From positions 1-60,232 of the IMG/VR virus record IMGVR_UViG_3300044825_000282: a stretch of DNA of 60,232 bases, one strand, 5' to 3'. Source of the stretch: a virus. Lineage: Duplodnaviria > Caudoviricetes. The notes beneath the pieces were generated by a model that was not told where the DNA came from, searched no databases, and was given only the letters and a program-made list of their open reading frames with translations. The position numbers and the translations under genes are program-made. Shown here piece after piece: positions 7,932-18,937 of this stretch (position 1 is its first letter; each line of letters opens with the position of its first letter).

Positions 7932-8734
7932 TCAAGGACATCCTTGAGGCATACGGCAAGCACCTTGAGCAGACCATCACCCACCAGCGGGGGATGATCG
8001 CCATCAAGCGGCTTGCCCCACTGCATGGCTGCACGGTCAGGAACGTCTCAAAGCAGATCGAGCGGTACATCAATGACCGCAAGGCATCGCCCGGGACCAT
8101 CAACCGGGAACTGGCGGTGCTGCAAGCGGCCCTGCGCTGGTCGTTTAAACGTGGAGAGATCGACTTCCTGCCCGCCATCCCGAGGTTGCCTTCACCTCCC
8201 CCTCGATCCAAGTTCCTGACGGACTCGCAGGTCGCCGCCCTGCTGGATGCCGCCAAACCATATCCACACGTTCACACGTTCATTCGGATTGCGCTCATGA
8301 CCGGGCAAAGGAAGGAAGCCATCCTGTCCCTGCGCTGGGATCAGGTGGATTTCCAGACCGGTCTGGTGGACTTCAATGACCCCTCTGGGACGCTTTCTCA
8401 CCGCAGGAAGGGTCGAGGTATTGTCCCGATGTCAGACGCGCTCAGAACCCTGCTGGAGGGCTTGCCAAAGGACCATATGCACGTCATCCACCACTACGGC
8501 AGACGGGTGCGGGACTTGCGCGGGGTCTGGTCCCGACTCATGAAGGAGACTGGGCTGGACATCACGCCCCACATCCTGCGCCATACAGTTGCCACCCAAC
8601 TGGCTCAGAAGAACGTGCCCATGCCCCAGATTTCCAGACTGCTGGGACACCGGCAGACCGCCATCACCGAACGGGTCTACGCCAAGTTCTCCCCGGAGTT
8701 CTGCCGCCAAGCCGTCACCCACCTCAACGTTTAA
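7928..8734 (+). CDS. tyrosine recombinase/integrase (short, no arm-binding domain)
   Basis: TINRELAVL core-binding motif; catalytic R (TGQRKE), HILRH, LGH, Y (RVYAK). Confidence 0.92.
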   Translation: MIKDILEAYGKHLEQTITHQRGMIAIKRLAPLHGCTVRNVSKQIERYINDRKASPGTINRELAVLQAALRWSFKRGEIDFLPAIPRLPSPPPRSKFLTDSQVAALLDAAKPYPHVHTFIRIALMTGQRKEAILSLRWDQVDFQTGLVDFNDPSGTLSHRRKGRGIVPMSDALRTLLEGLPKDHMHVIHHYGRRVRDLRGVWSRLMKETGLDITPHILRHTVATQLAQKNVPMPQISRLLGHRQTAITERVYAKFSPEFCRQAVTHLNV

Positions 8735-8736
8735 AC

Positions 8737-8997
8737 ATGGAACCAGCAAGTTTTCTCATCCTCATCCTGCTCAACGGTCGCGTGGTGGAGGAACACCCGG
8801 TGGAGACCTTGGAGTCCTGCATCGAGATGACCCGAGAGACCAATGACGATGGGAGCAAGCAAGCGGCTTGCGCCATCAACTACAGGAAGAACAATGACAC
8901 AGCCGATTGCAATCACCCTAAAGCCCAGCGAGTACGCAACTGCCGTCTACCTAACGTCAGTCCGGGAGTTCGTGAACCGAGACTACGGCGTGAGTGA
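8737..8997 (+). CDS. hypothetical protein
   Basis: starts 2 nt after the recombinase stop; overlaps next gene by ~100 nt. Confidence 0.45.
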   Translation: MEPASFLILILLNGRVVEEHPVETLESCIEMTRETNDDGSKQAACAINYRKNNDTADCNHPKAQRVRNCRLPNVSPGVREPRLRRE

Positions 8998-9376
8998 CAG
9001 ACAGATGGGGCGGGACGATGGGTTTCAGATCGGGATTGATGGACTGGTCGCTGAGATTGCTGTCTGCAAATACTTCAACGTCTACCCGGACCTGTCGTTC
9101 GAACCAAGGGCTGGTGGCGTGGACTGCGTCATCAAAGGCAGAAGGGTAGATGTCAAAAGCACAAAGCCCGGACGGGATCGCGTTTACATCCCTGAATGGA
9201 AATCCAGTCATGGGATCGACCGTTACGTCTATTGCTATGTGGACTTCAGGACCGTCGAGATACTCGGATGGTTCGCGCCGCAGGACATATTCCGCGAAGA
9301 CAACCTTGAACCATCACCGCGAGAGAACGTCAATCACCACGTCCTCTTTTTGGAAAACCTGAGAAAATTTGATTGA
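8894..9376 (+). CDS. putative PD-(D/E)XK endonuclease-fold protein
   Basis: GLVAEIAV...GGVD...VDVKST pattern. Confidence 0.65.
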   Translation: MTQPIAITLKPSEYATAVYLTSVREFVNRDYGVSDRQMGRDDGFQIGIDGLVAEIAVCKYFNVYPDLSFEPRAGGVDCVIKGRRVDVKSTKPGRDRVYIPEWKSSHGIDRYVYCYVDFRTVEILGWFAPQDIFREDNLEPSPRENVNHHVLFLENLRKFD

Positions 9377-9713
9377 TATGGCGACGAAAAAAGACAAGTG
9401 GTTTCAGGCGCTGCAAGACCTCGGGTGCATCGTTTGTTTAAACCACATGGGGGTCAAGAGCGACCCCGACATACATCACATCCTGAAGAATGGAAAACGG
9501 GTGGACGACTTCCACACCATCCCCTTGTGCCCAACACACCACCGCTTCGGGGTCAACAACGAGATTGCCGTCTCACGGCATCCGTGGAAGAGGGAGTTTG
9601 AAAGGCGCTATGGAACAGAATGGGAACTCTACGAACAAACAAAGCAGCGCGTCGAAGTATTGCTTCAAATGCGGCAGGGCATTTCCCGAAGCGATGATGA
9701 GACCGAAGTTTGA
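9369..9713 (+). CDS. Ref-like (RecA-dependent, HNH-fold) nuclease
   Basis: LGCIVC...DIHH...HTIPLCPTHHR...FERRYGTE motifs. Confidence 0.8.
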   Translation: MIDMATKKDKWFQALQDLGCIVCLNHMGVKSDPDIHHILKNGKRVDDFHTIPLCPTHHRFGVNNEIAVSRHPWKREFERRYGTEWELYEQTKQRVEVLLQMRQGISRSDDETEV

Positions 9714-9810
9714 TGTTCATGGAAGACGGATTGGCGCACAGTGCATTTACTGCCATGCACGTCAATCCGCTTCAATGATCAACGGTAAGCCTAGTCAATC
9801 GACTTCTTGA
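9610..9810 (+). CDS. possible small zinc-finger protein
   Basis: CFKC...CIYC; overlaps previous gene by ~100 nt. Confidence 0.35.
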   Translation: MEQNGNSTNKQSSASKYCFKCGRAFPEAMMRPKFDVHGRRIGAQCIYCHARQSASMINGKPSQSTS

Positions 9811-12800
9811 GGAACTGAATCCGAGAGGTCAATCCAACTTCCGCTTTGCGGATGTTGTCCAGCACATTACGCTTCTGGTCAGGGTCCATGTTAGACATCT
9901 GAACCGTGCGGCGCATCTCCCGCAGCATCGTCATGTCCTTGTCCAACGACTGGATGTAAGGCTTGACCGCTTGCAGTTTCGCTCCCTTGTCCACCATGTA
10001 CTCACGCAGGTCTTCCATGTTGCCCGTGCGCTCAAGGAAGTTGATGGTACGGGTGGACTCATCCACAGCCTTCTTCAGTTCGTAGTAGGACGTGACCGTG
10101 CCAGTGGACTCAGCGGACGCGAAGAACCGCTTGACCACAGGCAGTTGCTCTGCCTTCATCGTGGCCTTGGTCGGGTCTCCCTCGCCGCGCATGATCGCAT
10201 CCAGAGCCATCACCGCATAGGTTCCCAGCGTACCGGTGTACCCACGGATCAGGTTGTCGATCTTGACCGGCGATGAGTTGGTCGCCTCGCCGATCTGCTG
10301 CGCCAGCAGAGACGTTCCTGCCGATGCTTGGTACTTCGGAGCCACGTCCTCCAGACCCTTGCCAACGATGGGCTGGCCCGTAAAGAACGAGTAGTTCGCC
10401 ACGTTCTCCAGCACAGGCAGGAAGGCTTGAGGGATCGGGTTGATCGCCAGCGTCGAAGTGATGTTGCGGATCACAGAATCCTTCAGGTCTTTGGACGTGT
10501 CCTGACCCATGAAGTATTCCAAGATGCGCTCGGGGAACACTTTAAACACCGTGCCGATTTCGAACGGGATCGGAATGCGGACGTTGCCGATGATCCAGTA
10601 GTTGTCGCGCACCTCTTGCTCGGCGGTCTTGTACTCCTCAGTGTCGGAGGCAAGCATCCAGTACATCCACGACAGGCCCATCAGGGTGAGGGAGCGAGTC
10701 ATGAATGCCTTCTGCATACGCTCCTTGTTCTGAGTCGCAGCCTTGCCGAAGCCAGCGCGGTACAGAACGTCCAGACCTTGAATGCGGGCGTTCATGAACG
10801 GAACCACCGCAGTTAGGACTCGGATCAAAGCGGAGTTGCCCTTGCGGCTGAAGTTCAAAACCTCCATCGCTTGGTACAGAGCCTCGGCCTCGTTACCAGT
10901 CTCGGCGAGGGTGCGTTTATACACCTCGGCACGGGTCGCAACGTCGGATGCGCCAGAGGCTTTCTCCAGCATATCCCACATCTTGGAGATCGGCAGAAGC
11001 GCAATCTCTTTGCCGGTGCGAGTGCCGGTGCGCTTGCGCAGTTCGGCTTCCAGCGCACGAGCGGAAGACTTCGCGTCATCGCCAAAGTCGTACCCTGCAA
11101 ACAGACCTGCGTTGGCAAGAGACTGAGCCTCCTTGGACTTGCCTGCGAGCGCAGCGCCGTACTGTTTAAACGTATCGACGATGGGGGTGATGTTGGTCCC
11201 GGTCGTGACCCATGCCTGCAACGAGTCACGCATCAAGTTCGCCAGCATGAAGCCGGGGTCTTTGGTGACCAAGTTGCGCAGCAGGTTGGACGGAGCAGCC
11301 AGCACTTCAAGGAACGGCAACTGAGGCAGGTTCAGTCCCTTTAAGGCTTCGATCAACAGCGGGTCATCGACTTGGTAGTGCTTGGTCTGACCGTTCTCCT
11401 TGACCGTCACGATGTCTGCCCCACGGGCGAGCGCAGCAGGCACGAACTGGCCTTGGTTTAAACGAAGCACGTCACGCACCACACGTTGGGCGGCAACGTT
11501 CTTCATGCCAGCCTCGATGGCGGCACGGCTGTTGCGGACGATGGTCTCCATGAAGTCAGCCAGCGGAGCCTCGCCACCCTTGAGTTTGCGGGGCTTGGCG
11601 ACACCAGCAATCGAGGAGAAGATGTTGGGGCCAGCAATCTCTTCGCCTTCCAACTGACGGTAGAAGGGGATGTAGTCCCAGTTCTGCGTCCAGATTTCTG
11701 CTTCCTTCTCGGAGATCACACCCGTGTCACGCATGAACTCAACGAGACCCTTGTTGTACTTCTGGTACTCGTCGAAGACTTCCTTGAACTCAGGGTACTG
11801 CTGACCGATCAATTCACCGCGACGGATGTCTTGTGGTGTAAACAGTTGCTCCCTGCCCTCTGCGGTCAGGCGCTTGCCACGGCGAGTCGCTGCGTAGAAC
11901 TGGAAGGCTTGGAAGACGAACGGATCGTTGTACTTCATCAGCGGCTCAAGGATCGGGATCAGACCCTTGACCGTGCCATCTTTGTCCGAGACGGTGGTGA
12001 AGCCGTTCTTGAAGACAGGCACACCGTTCTGATAGGACGATGCAGCGATGCCCGCAGCGCGGTCAGAGAACAGCGTTGCAGCAATCGCGGACGTGTCAGC
12101 CAGCAATTCTGCTGAACCGAACTGCGCCGCCACCTCTTTCGAGAGACGCTCAATCGATTCGTACTTGTTGATGAAGGCTTGACGGAACTTGGTGAAGCCA
12201 GTCGGAGAGAGCGCCTCGCCCATGCGCTGGGCAAAGCCTTTCTCTTCTCGCTTGGTGGTGGTGCGCTCGATGGCATCGACAGTGTCCTGACCTAGAGAGT
12301 CACGCAGCGAATACTTGAACGCATCCTTGCGCAGGGAGAGAGTGCCCTCCTTGCGAGACGTTTGAACGGGTTGCGTTTCAACGTCTTTGATTTGCTCCGG
12401 GGTATAAACGCGCTTCGTTTGCACAGGCACTTCTGGGCGAGCAACGCGACCTTCGCGCTCAACAACCTCTGCGCCACGAACCGGTTGCAGGAACTCAGCA
12501 ACGCGAGGCGCACGACCATTCCACACCGGAGGACCGTAACGCTTCTGCGGGTTCTCCTGTGTAAACATGGTGATGATCGACATCTCGCCTTTCTCGGGCG
12601 AGAGGACCAGCGAGTTTTTACCGTCATACAGAACGAACTTGCCACCGTCACGGTAGATCGAGTTGTAGTTCTGAGCGGTGCGCTGCGCAGTGCGGACGAT
12701 CTTCTCAAGCAGTTCCTCTGCCCCGCCCGGGATACGGTTGGGATCATTCAGAACACGGTTGAGGATGTGGTTCGCACCATAACCCTTGCCGGTGATGTCA

Positions 12801-15800
12801 TCGTGCGTACCGATCAGCATACGGATGGGCTTGCCACCCAGACGCTCCGGGGTCAGGCCGAGGTTGCCATCGGGATTGCCGCCTTCGTTGGGGATGAGGG
12901 CAGAGTCAGGCTTCACGCCCTTCAGCGCCAGCGCGTAACGGATGTCGTTGTTGTCACGAGCGAACGTGCCAATGTTGCCGATGGCAGACTTGATCTGGTT
13001 GGGATCGTAGACGGCAAGGTTCTTCAGACCACCTTCCATCACATAGAAGCCATCGTGCCCAAGAGCCTTGATGGCATCTTGAACCCTCTCTGCCTCGATG
13101 GTTTTCCAACTGCCAGACTCAAGAAACTCTGCGTTCCTGTCGCCATACTTTTGCTCTGTCGGCTTAAGGAACTTGTTGTATTTTGGCTCGTTGAGTTTTT
13201 GAATCAGTGCCTGAACTTGTTCAGCATCCTCAAAGTCAAACGGGTTCTCAGCGCGGACAAACACCGGCATGATGTTCGCACGAGACTCCGCTTGATCGCG
13301 CAAGAGAGCCTGCAATTCATCCTGCGCAGAGGTTTGTTTTTGTCTTGCAAGTTTGGCGGCTTGGCTTTCGAGAGCCAACTTCTTGGAGTCCGGCATCTCT
13401 TTCCAGAGTTGCTGCGCTATGTAGTCCTCAGACATATCAGCGAAGCCCTCGGCAAAGCGAGGACGGTCCGTCACAAAGATGGCATTGGCTTGCTTCGGAC
13501 GGAACTCAGTGATGTCACGGGCAGTGCCGTGGTACATGACCTTGGGTTCACCAGCGCCACGAGAGCGGAAGTCGCTCATCAGTTTGTCGCGACCCTCTTG
13601 GGTCAGACCTCGCCAGTAAGAATCCTGCTCGTCCGCAGGGATGCCCATGAAGTCCATGACATCCTCACCGGACAGCGCCCCAGTATCGCGCTCCGCAACG
13701 ATCTTGGATTTGCCGAACCACTTCTTGAACTCAGGCGTGTCGGTCTGGCGCAGAGCGTAGCGACGATCACCGATCTGCACGGTCTCTTCTTCGGGCTTGC
13801 GGCTGATCTCATCACGAGTGCCACGATAGTCAACTGGCGTGTCGTTGTTGAGGATCACCATCATGCCCATGCTTGGGATGGCGTAGCCGTCATACCCAGC
13901 ATCGATCACGCCGGACTCAAAGTTGTTGGAGTCGCCGAATGCCTCGCGGCTGATGCGACCCATCTCTGGTCCGGGGCCAAGGATGTTGTTGAAACGCTGG
14001 ATGTAGACGTGACCACCCAAGCCCGACTCGGGCAGAGGCATCTTGCCGTCTTCTTTGGGAATGTAGAAGTAGACCCGATTCTTGATGCGCGGGTCGAATG
14101 CGTTTTCCAGACGGCGAGCCTCTGCGCCACGGATGCCAGTGCCGTACTTGCCGCCCGAAAGTTGATCTACCTTTTCTTTGCCGTAGTGAACAGCATCAAA
14201 GGTCATTGCTCCCGGCTGTCGATCTCCGAGACTGATTCCATTGCCTTCTGCGCCGGATCGAAGGCTAAACTTTCGAGGTTCAGACCATCCGTACTCTTTT
14301 CCGAACTGGTCGGCGATTCGTTCGTAATCCGCGCTCCAACCTTCAATGTACCGTCGTAGATTGGTGAGTTCGGCGGGGCTAAATCTTTCAAGGTAACCTT
14401 GCCCATTTGTGTTCTCCGTCCAGTCGTTAGAAATCCATCCTGATTTTGCTCGGAATGGTTCAACGTCAAAGTCAACATCCTTGTCGAAAGATTCCAGCGC
14501 ACCTTGCAGTTTATCAAGATACTGCTTGTCTGACATCATGTATGGCTTGCCGCTGTCAACATCGCGGAAGTTGATAAAGTCAAACGAGTTGCCCACGCGA
14601 GTAAAGCCGATGCCGGGAATCTTTTCGTTGAGATGTTTAAACAACCTCTCCTCAAAACCCGGGTTGGCTTCTGCGTTGGTTGCAGTGACTCGATAGCCCT
14701 TGCTTGCATCCTTGCCGCCAGCAGTCGGGTCAGCGCGATACCACGGCACAGCGTCTTGCTTGGTGACGTAGCCGATGATGGCTGCGTACTTGTTGGCAAC
14801 GTCCGTGAGGTAGTCGCCATCGTCCTTTTGCAGAACGAGTTTGGTGATCACGTTGGGCGCGATCAGGTTCTCGTATGCACCGATGGAGAACTGCGAGGAG
14901 TACAACTGTTGGTTGCCCAGCAGTTCAAAAATCTTGTCAGTACCCGTCTCAGGGTCGATGAAGATTTCGCGGACAGCCCGGTTAAACGCTTCCTGCTCTG
15001 CTCGCGAAGCCTTGTGGATGCCCGGGATGAGCGGCAACTTGGTGGACGGACGGCTCTCCCATGTGATGTTGGCAGTCGCACGGGTGATGTAGTCGCTGAA
15101 GTCAATGATGCTCGGCTCAAACGTGGCTTGCTTCTCAGGCGGGAGGCTGTTGTAGTCCGTGGTGTTCTTGACGTAGGTCCACAGAATCGCTTGCACCTGA
15201 CGGGGCTTGAGTGCTTCGCCAGTACGCGCCATGTTGGCTTCGCCGATGCGGCGAATCAGGTCTTTGGCGTAGGTGTACTGGGTGTTCGAAACACTCGATG
15301 CACCACCTGCTGCCTGATCCTCGGCATGAGGATAGCCAAACAGACGCATCATCCAGCGGTCAATCGTAGAAGCGTCTTGGAACGTATCCACACCGTAGGT
15401 TGCATCATGCAAGTTACGGTAGAAGTTCATCAACTTATCGTCCACACCGGGCACAGATGTGTCCATCGTGGGCGCTGCCAGCAATGCAGGGATACGCGCA
15501 GCCGTGGTGTTGGGGAAGCGACCAGCGAACGCCGTAGGCTCACCCGCTGCCATCTGGGCAATCGAGGAGATGGTGGCGGTGGTGTTGCCGCCAACGCCGT
15601 TGGCCTGAGAGTACAGCGCCATCAGACGCACGACACGCTCAGTCAGGACCGGGTCACCACGGGTGATCTCCATGATCGCCCTGCCGCTGTCCTCATACCA
15701 GTTCTTCGACTCATCGTAGAGCGAGTACGGGTGCGAGAGCAGGTTGGTCATCTGCTCGACCAGACGGGTGCGGTCTTCCTCGGTACTCATGCCCGGAGGA

Positions 15801-18800
15801 GCGCCGACGATCTTGCCGTTGCTCATGACTCGGGGCAGTTGGTACTTGGGTTCCTCGGGTACAGCCTCGCCGCCCGGACGGACGGTAGCCCGACCCGCAG
15901 CCGGAGCCTTCAGGCCACCGGCATCCAAGCGAGTGAAGATGCCCTCTGCGGACTGGAAGCCCATGCCACGCAGCCCATTCCCGAAGGCGGTCATGAACTG
16001 GCGAATCTTGTTGAACAGTGCCCCGATCATGCCGGGAGGAGCCTTGGTCTGGTCGAAGTCGGAGAAGGCATCTGCAATCGCCTCTTCGATCATGTCGGCC
16101 TGAGACATCCCCATGCCACGGTAGCGGTTGGCGATGTCGTACTTTGCCATCCACTCGGACTTGGCTTTGTTCTCCAGTACACGCCACTGCTCGGGTGTAA
16201 ACGCGCCGAGTTCCTTCAGGGCATGGATACCCTCGTGACGCAGGGTGCGGATCGGATTGTCCGCATCCATCGCAATTGCGATCAGTTTCTGAAGGTAGTA
16301 GCCATCTGCGGTCCGACCGTCCTTGGTCTTGATCGTCTTCAGGATGTTTAAACGCAGATCGCCGAGGCCCAACCGGTCCATCATCGGACGCAGTTTCTTC
16401 GCCAGTTCGTCGGCTGCTTTCTGGAACTCAGGGGTGAAGACACCGGCCTCGGCAAGACGTGCCTCTGCTGCGGCCTTATCGCCCGTGAATTCCACGCCAA
16501 AGCCCGCCGGTTGCTCACCACGGCGGCGGCGCAACTCAGCCTCTGCCATCTTGCCCAGACGCTTGGGCATCAACCCTTTCTGGGAGGGAGCCAGTTTGAC
16601 GATGCGCTCAAGGGTCTCGTCAGGCAGACGCAAGAGAGCGGCCTCTTCTGCCGCCTGTTGGGACGGGAAGGTGGCGACAGGCTGGCCCTGTTCAAACAGG
16701 GTGAAGCCATCGCGGGTCACAGGCTTCTCACCCTTCGGAGCAATCTCCAGCGGGGCGGTGTAGTTCTGGACCTTGGCCTTCAGTGCGTTGATCTCGTTCT
16801 GAAGGCGCTTGTTATGGGCTGCGACACCGGCAGCAATCTTCTTGTACTCAAGAGTGTCAGCCTTGCCGTCAGCCTCCATGCTCTCCAACTTGCGCTGGCT
16901 CTTTGCCATTTCGGCTTCTTTCTTGGCGATGTCGCCAAGGTAGCCGTTGGCCTTTTGGGCGCGGAGTTGTTGCAGGCGTTCAGCCTTGGCATCCGCTTCC
17001 TCTTGGGAAGGAGCAGTTTGCAGGACAGCGTCGGGGCTGCGGATTTCAAAGCCCGCAGGCGCAACACCTTGTTTAAACGTTCCCTGACGGATGTCTGGCC
17101 CGCCGGGGAGTTGGGCTGCGGTTCCGGGGATCGCTACGTCCTGATGGGTGCGCTCACGAACCTCCAAACCAAGACGTGCAGCGGCGTTTTCAGCCGCTTC
17201 GCGGGTGGTATAGCGACGAACCGGGGGCGAAGTCATGTCGCCCGGGATGCCCAATTCAAAGACCGTGCGATTGGTGGTGGTCAGGTCACCATTACGGATG
17301 GCAGTTTGCAGCAATGACTCAGCGTCACGGTCGCTTTCCAGACCAGAGAACTCCTTGATCTCCTGAACTGCCTTGTCCCGAGACATCATGTTGTTCTTCG
17401 GGAAAAGAGCGGTCAGGTTCTTCAGAGAACGGTTGTACTGGTCATCGCTGAAGCGAGTGGCGTTCGTGCCGGGAGGAAGAATCTGGGTCTTGTCGCTCGG
17501 CGAGAGTCCGTCCAGTGCTTTAAACGCAGAGAACAGTTGAGGCTGCGACATGGTCGTCACATCCTCAGAGCCGGTGGCTCGGCGCAGGAAGTCCATGAAG
17601 CCGACCGTCGAGGTATCGACGTTCTTCTCGGCTGCAAGGTTCATCACATCTTCAGCGGACAATTTGGTCGCGCCGTCATAGCCGGTCTTGTAGGTCAGCA
17701 GACGGTCGATCTCTGCCTGTGGAGCGCCAGCGTCAGCCAAGTCCTCAATCGAAAACTGCTGGATGCCACGCTTGCCCTCGGTCTTGCGGATGTTGTTGAC
17801 TGCCCGGAGGTATGCCGGGGTAAGTTCTTCAGCGTTGAAGAAGCCCACCGGGTTCATCAAAGGATCGCGAGCCTCCTCCTTCTCCACCTTCGGAGCCGGG
17901 GCTGGCAGCGCCAGCATATTGGAGTCGGGCACACCCAAATTGCGGCGGGTGGTCTCGATTTGCTGATCCTTCTCACGTTGCAACTGATCGAGTTGCTCGT
18001 TGAGTTGAGTCTGACGATCTTGATTGAGTTTGGCCTGATACGCACGACCGATGTCTTTGCGCAGCAGGAAGTCCAGACCAGTCTGGGCAATGAAGCCCAC
18101 ACCGCCGCCCAACGCAGCATCACCAAGGATGGACTGCCCCACCTCAAGGTTGGGGTTGTAGATGCCCTTGGCAGAGAGGTCTTGCAGCAGACCGGAGGCG
18201 GCTTCCTGTGCGCCCTCGATACCGCCTTGCGCCAGACCGCGCTTGATGTAGTTGGCGATGTCGAGTTTGACCGCGCCAGACAAAGTCTTATCCAGACCAC
18301 GGAAGAGTTTCTCGACCGGCAGCAGTTCGGTCAAACCGATGGGCACACCGACAGACAGGGCAGAGAGTTCTTCGCCCGGAGTAACGGTCTTGCCTTCGCC
18401 TCGCGCAATCTCGACCCGCTGACGGGCTTCTTCCGCGCCCAGACCAGCAGTCTGAGCCACCGCCACCGGAGCGGCTGCGCGAGGAGCCATGCCAGCAAAG
18501 CGACCGGCAGTTCCCACGCCGCGAAGCAGAACCTGCGGACCAAGGATGGAAGCGAACGAACCCAAGCCACCCGCCAGTTGGGTGACTACACCTTCGTCGC
18601 TTGGAGCCAGATACCGCTCTGCGCCCGTGATTGCCTGACCAAAGCCCGTCTGCTCAAACGGCTTGAGTTCCGGCATAAAGTATCGAGCGCCTGCGTAAGG
18701 GAGCGCACCAAGACCACCAAAAGACTGAACGATGCCGGACGCTGCGCCCTTAACAAATTCTTTGGGCACAGAAAGCAGTTGACTCCCAATGCCGGGAGTC

Positions 18801-18928
18801 TCTGCCTTGATCTGACCAGCACCAATCTGCTGCTGAAGGATTTGATATGCCTGTTGAGGTGTCGATCCTTCAGGTCCGTTGATGATGTATTTTTTGCCGT
18901 CCGGTGACGTGAACTCAAATGCTGGCAT
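9791..18928 (-). CDS. giant ejected/internal virion polyvalent protein (3045 aa)
   Basis: last gene of the ejection cluster; HEGIH zincin motif, two ADP-ribosyltransferase-like segments (HYG...GYDGY; MYHGT...GHDGF...QIKSA), GYGANHI BECR-nuclease-like motif, LPD38-like C-terminus. Confidence 0.85.
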   Translation of the reverse strand: MPAFEFTSPDGKKYIINGPEGSTPQQAYQILQQQIGAGQIKAETPGIGSQLLSVPKEFVKGAASGIVQSFGGLGALPYAGARYFMPELKPFEQTGFGQAITGAERYLAPSDEGVVTQLAGGLGSFASILGPQVLLRGVGTAGRFAGMAPRAAAPVAVAQTAGLGAEEARQRVEIARGEGKTVTPGEELSALSVGVPIGLTELLPVEKLFRGLDKTLSGAVKLDIANYIKRGLAQGGIEGAQEAASGLLQDLSAKGIYNPNLEVGQSILGDAALGGGVGFIAQTGLDFLLRKDIGRAYQAKLNQDRQTQLNEQLDQLQREKDQQIETTRRNLGVPDSNMLALPAPAPKVEKEEARDPLMNPVGFFNAEELTPAYLRAVNNIRKTEGKRGIQQFSIEDLADAGAPQAEIDRLLTYKTGYDGATKLSAEDVMNLAAEKNVDTSTVGFMDFLRRATGSEDVTTMSQPQLFSAFKALDGLSPSDKTQILPPGTNATRFSDDQYNRSLKNLTALFPKNNMMSRDKAVQEIKEFSGLESDRDAESLLQTAIRNGDLTTTNRTVFELGIPGDMTSPPVRRYTTREAAENAAARLGLEVRERTHQDVAIPGTAAQLPGGPDIRQGTFKQGVAPAGFEIRSPDAVLQTAPSQEEADAKAERLQQLRAQKANGYLGDIAKKEAEMAKSQRKLESMEADGKADTLEYKKIAAGVAAHNKRLQNEINALKAKVQNYTAPLEIAPKGEKPVTRDGFTLFEQGQPVATFPSQQAAEEAALLRLPDETLERIVKLAPSQKGLMPKRLGKMAEAELRRRRGEQPAGFGVEFTGDKAAAEARLAEAGVFTPEFQKAADELAKKLRPMMDRLGLGDLRLNILKTIKTKDGRTADGYYLQKLIAIAMDADNPIRTLRHEGIHALKELGAFTPEQWRVLENKAKSEWMAKYDIANRYRGMGMSQADMIEEAIADAFSDFDQTKAPPGMIGALFNKIRQFMTAFGNGLRGMGFQSAEGIFTRLDAGGLKAPAAGRATVRPGGEAVPEEPKYQLPRVMSNGKIVGAPPGMSTEEDRTRLVEQMTNLLSHPYSLYDESKNWYEDSGRAIMEITRGDPVLTERVVRLMALYSQANGVGGNTTATISSIAQMAAGEPTAFAGRFPNTTAARIPALLAAPTMDTSVPGVDDKLMNFYRNLHDATYGVDTFQDASTIDRWMMRLFGYPHAEDQAAGGASSVSNTQYTYAKDLIRRIGEANMARTGEALKPRQVQAILWTYVKNTTDYNSLPPEKQATFEPSIIDFSDYITRATANITWESRPSTKLPLIPGIHKASRAEQEAFNRAVREIFIDPETGTDKIFELLGNQQLYSSQFSIGAYENLIAPNVITKLVLQKDDGDYLTDVANKYAAIIGYVTKQDAVPWYRADPTAGGKDASKGYRVTATNAEANPGFEERLFKHLNEKIPGIGFTRVGNSFDFINFRDVDSGKPYMMSDKQYLDKLQGALESFDKDVDFDVEPFRAKSGWISNDWTENTNGQGYLERFSPAELTNLRRYIEGWSADYERIADQFGKEYGWSEPRKFSLRSGAEGNGISLGDRQPGAMTFDAVHYGKEKVDQLSGGKYGTGIRGAEARRLENAFDPRIKNRVYFYIPKEDGKMPLPESGLGGHVYIQRFNNILGPGPEMGRISREAFGDSNNFESGVIDAGYDGYAIPSMGMMVILNNDTPVDYRGTRDEISRKPEEETVQIGDRRYALRQTDTPEFKKWFGKSKIVAERDTGALSGEDVMDFMGIPADEQDSYWRGLTQEGRDKLMSDFRSRGAGEPKVMYHGTARDITEFRPKQANAIFVTDRPRFAEGFADMSEDYIAQQLWKEMPDSKKLALESQAAKLARQKQTSAQDELQALLRDQAESRANIMPVFVRAENPFDFEDAEQVQALIQKLNEPKYNKFLKPTEQKYGDRNAEFLESGSWKTIEAERVQDAIKALGHDGFYVMEGGLKNLAVYDPNQIKSAIGNIGTFARDNNDIRYALALKGVKPDSALIPNEGGNPDGNLGLTPERLGGKPIRMLIGTHDDITGKGYGANHILNRVLNDPNRIPGGAEELLEKIVRTAQRTAQNYNSIYRDGGKFVLYDGKNSLVLSPEKGEMSIITMFTQENPQKRYGPPVWNGRAPRVAEFLQPVRGAEVVEREGRVARPEVPVQTKRVYTPEQIKDVETQPVQTSRKEGTLSLRKDAFKYSLRDSLGQDTVDAIERTTTKREEKGFAQRMGEALSPTGFTKFRQAFINKYESIERLSKEVAAQFGSAELLADTSAIAATLFSDRAAGIAASSYQNGVPVFKNGFTTVSDKDGTVKGLIPILEPLMKYNDPFVFQAFQFYAATRRGKRLTAEGREQLFTPQDIRRGELIGQQYPEFKEVFDEYQKYNKGLVEFMRDTGVISEKEAEIWTQNWDYIPFYRQLEGEEIAGPNIFSSIAGVAKPRKLKGGEAPLADFMETIVRNSRAAIEAGMKNVAAQRVVRDVLRLNQGQFVPAALARGADIVTVKENGQTKHYQVDDPLLIEALKGLNLPQLPFLEVLAAPSNLLRNLVTKDPGFMLANLMRDSLQAWVTTGTNITPIVDTFKQYGAALAGKSKEAQSLANAGLFAGYDFGDDAKSSARALEAELRKRTGTRTGKEIALLPISKMWDMLEKASGASDVATRAEVYKRTLAETGNEAEALYQAMEVLNFSRKGNSALIRVLTAVVPFMNARIQGLDVLYRAGFGKAATQNKERMQKAFMTRSLTLMGLSWMYWMLASDTEEYKTAEQEVRDNYWIIGNVRIPIPFEIGTVFKVFPERILEYFMGQDTSKDLKDSVIRNITSTLAINPIPQAFLPVLENVANYSFFTGQPIVGKGLEDVAPKYQASAGTSLLAQQIGEATNSSPVKIDNLIRGYTGTLGTYAVMALDAIMRGEGDPTKATMKAEQLPVVKRFFASAESTGTVTSYYELKKAVDESTRTINFLERTGNMEDLREYMVDKGAKLQAVKPYIQSLDKDMTMLREMRRTVQMSNMDPDQKRNVLDNIRKAEVGLTSRIQFLKKSID

Positions 18929-18937
18929 TTCCTATCC

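Noticed and set aside
12362-18907. Long plus-strand ORFs (12362..14359, 14633..16351, 17537..18907)
   Set aside because: Antisense shadows of the 3045-aa gene; no recognisable motifs, and expected from GC-rich codon bias.
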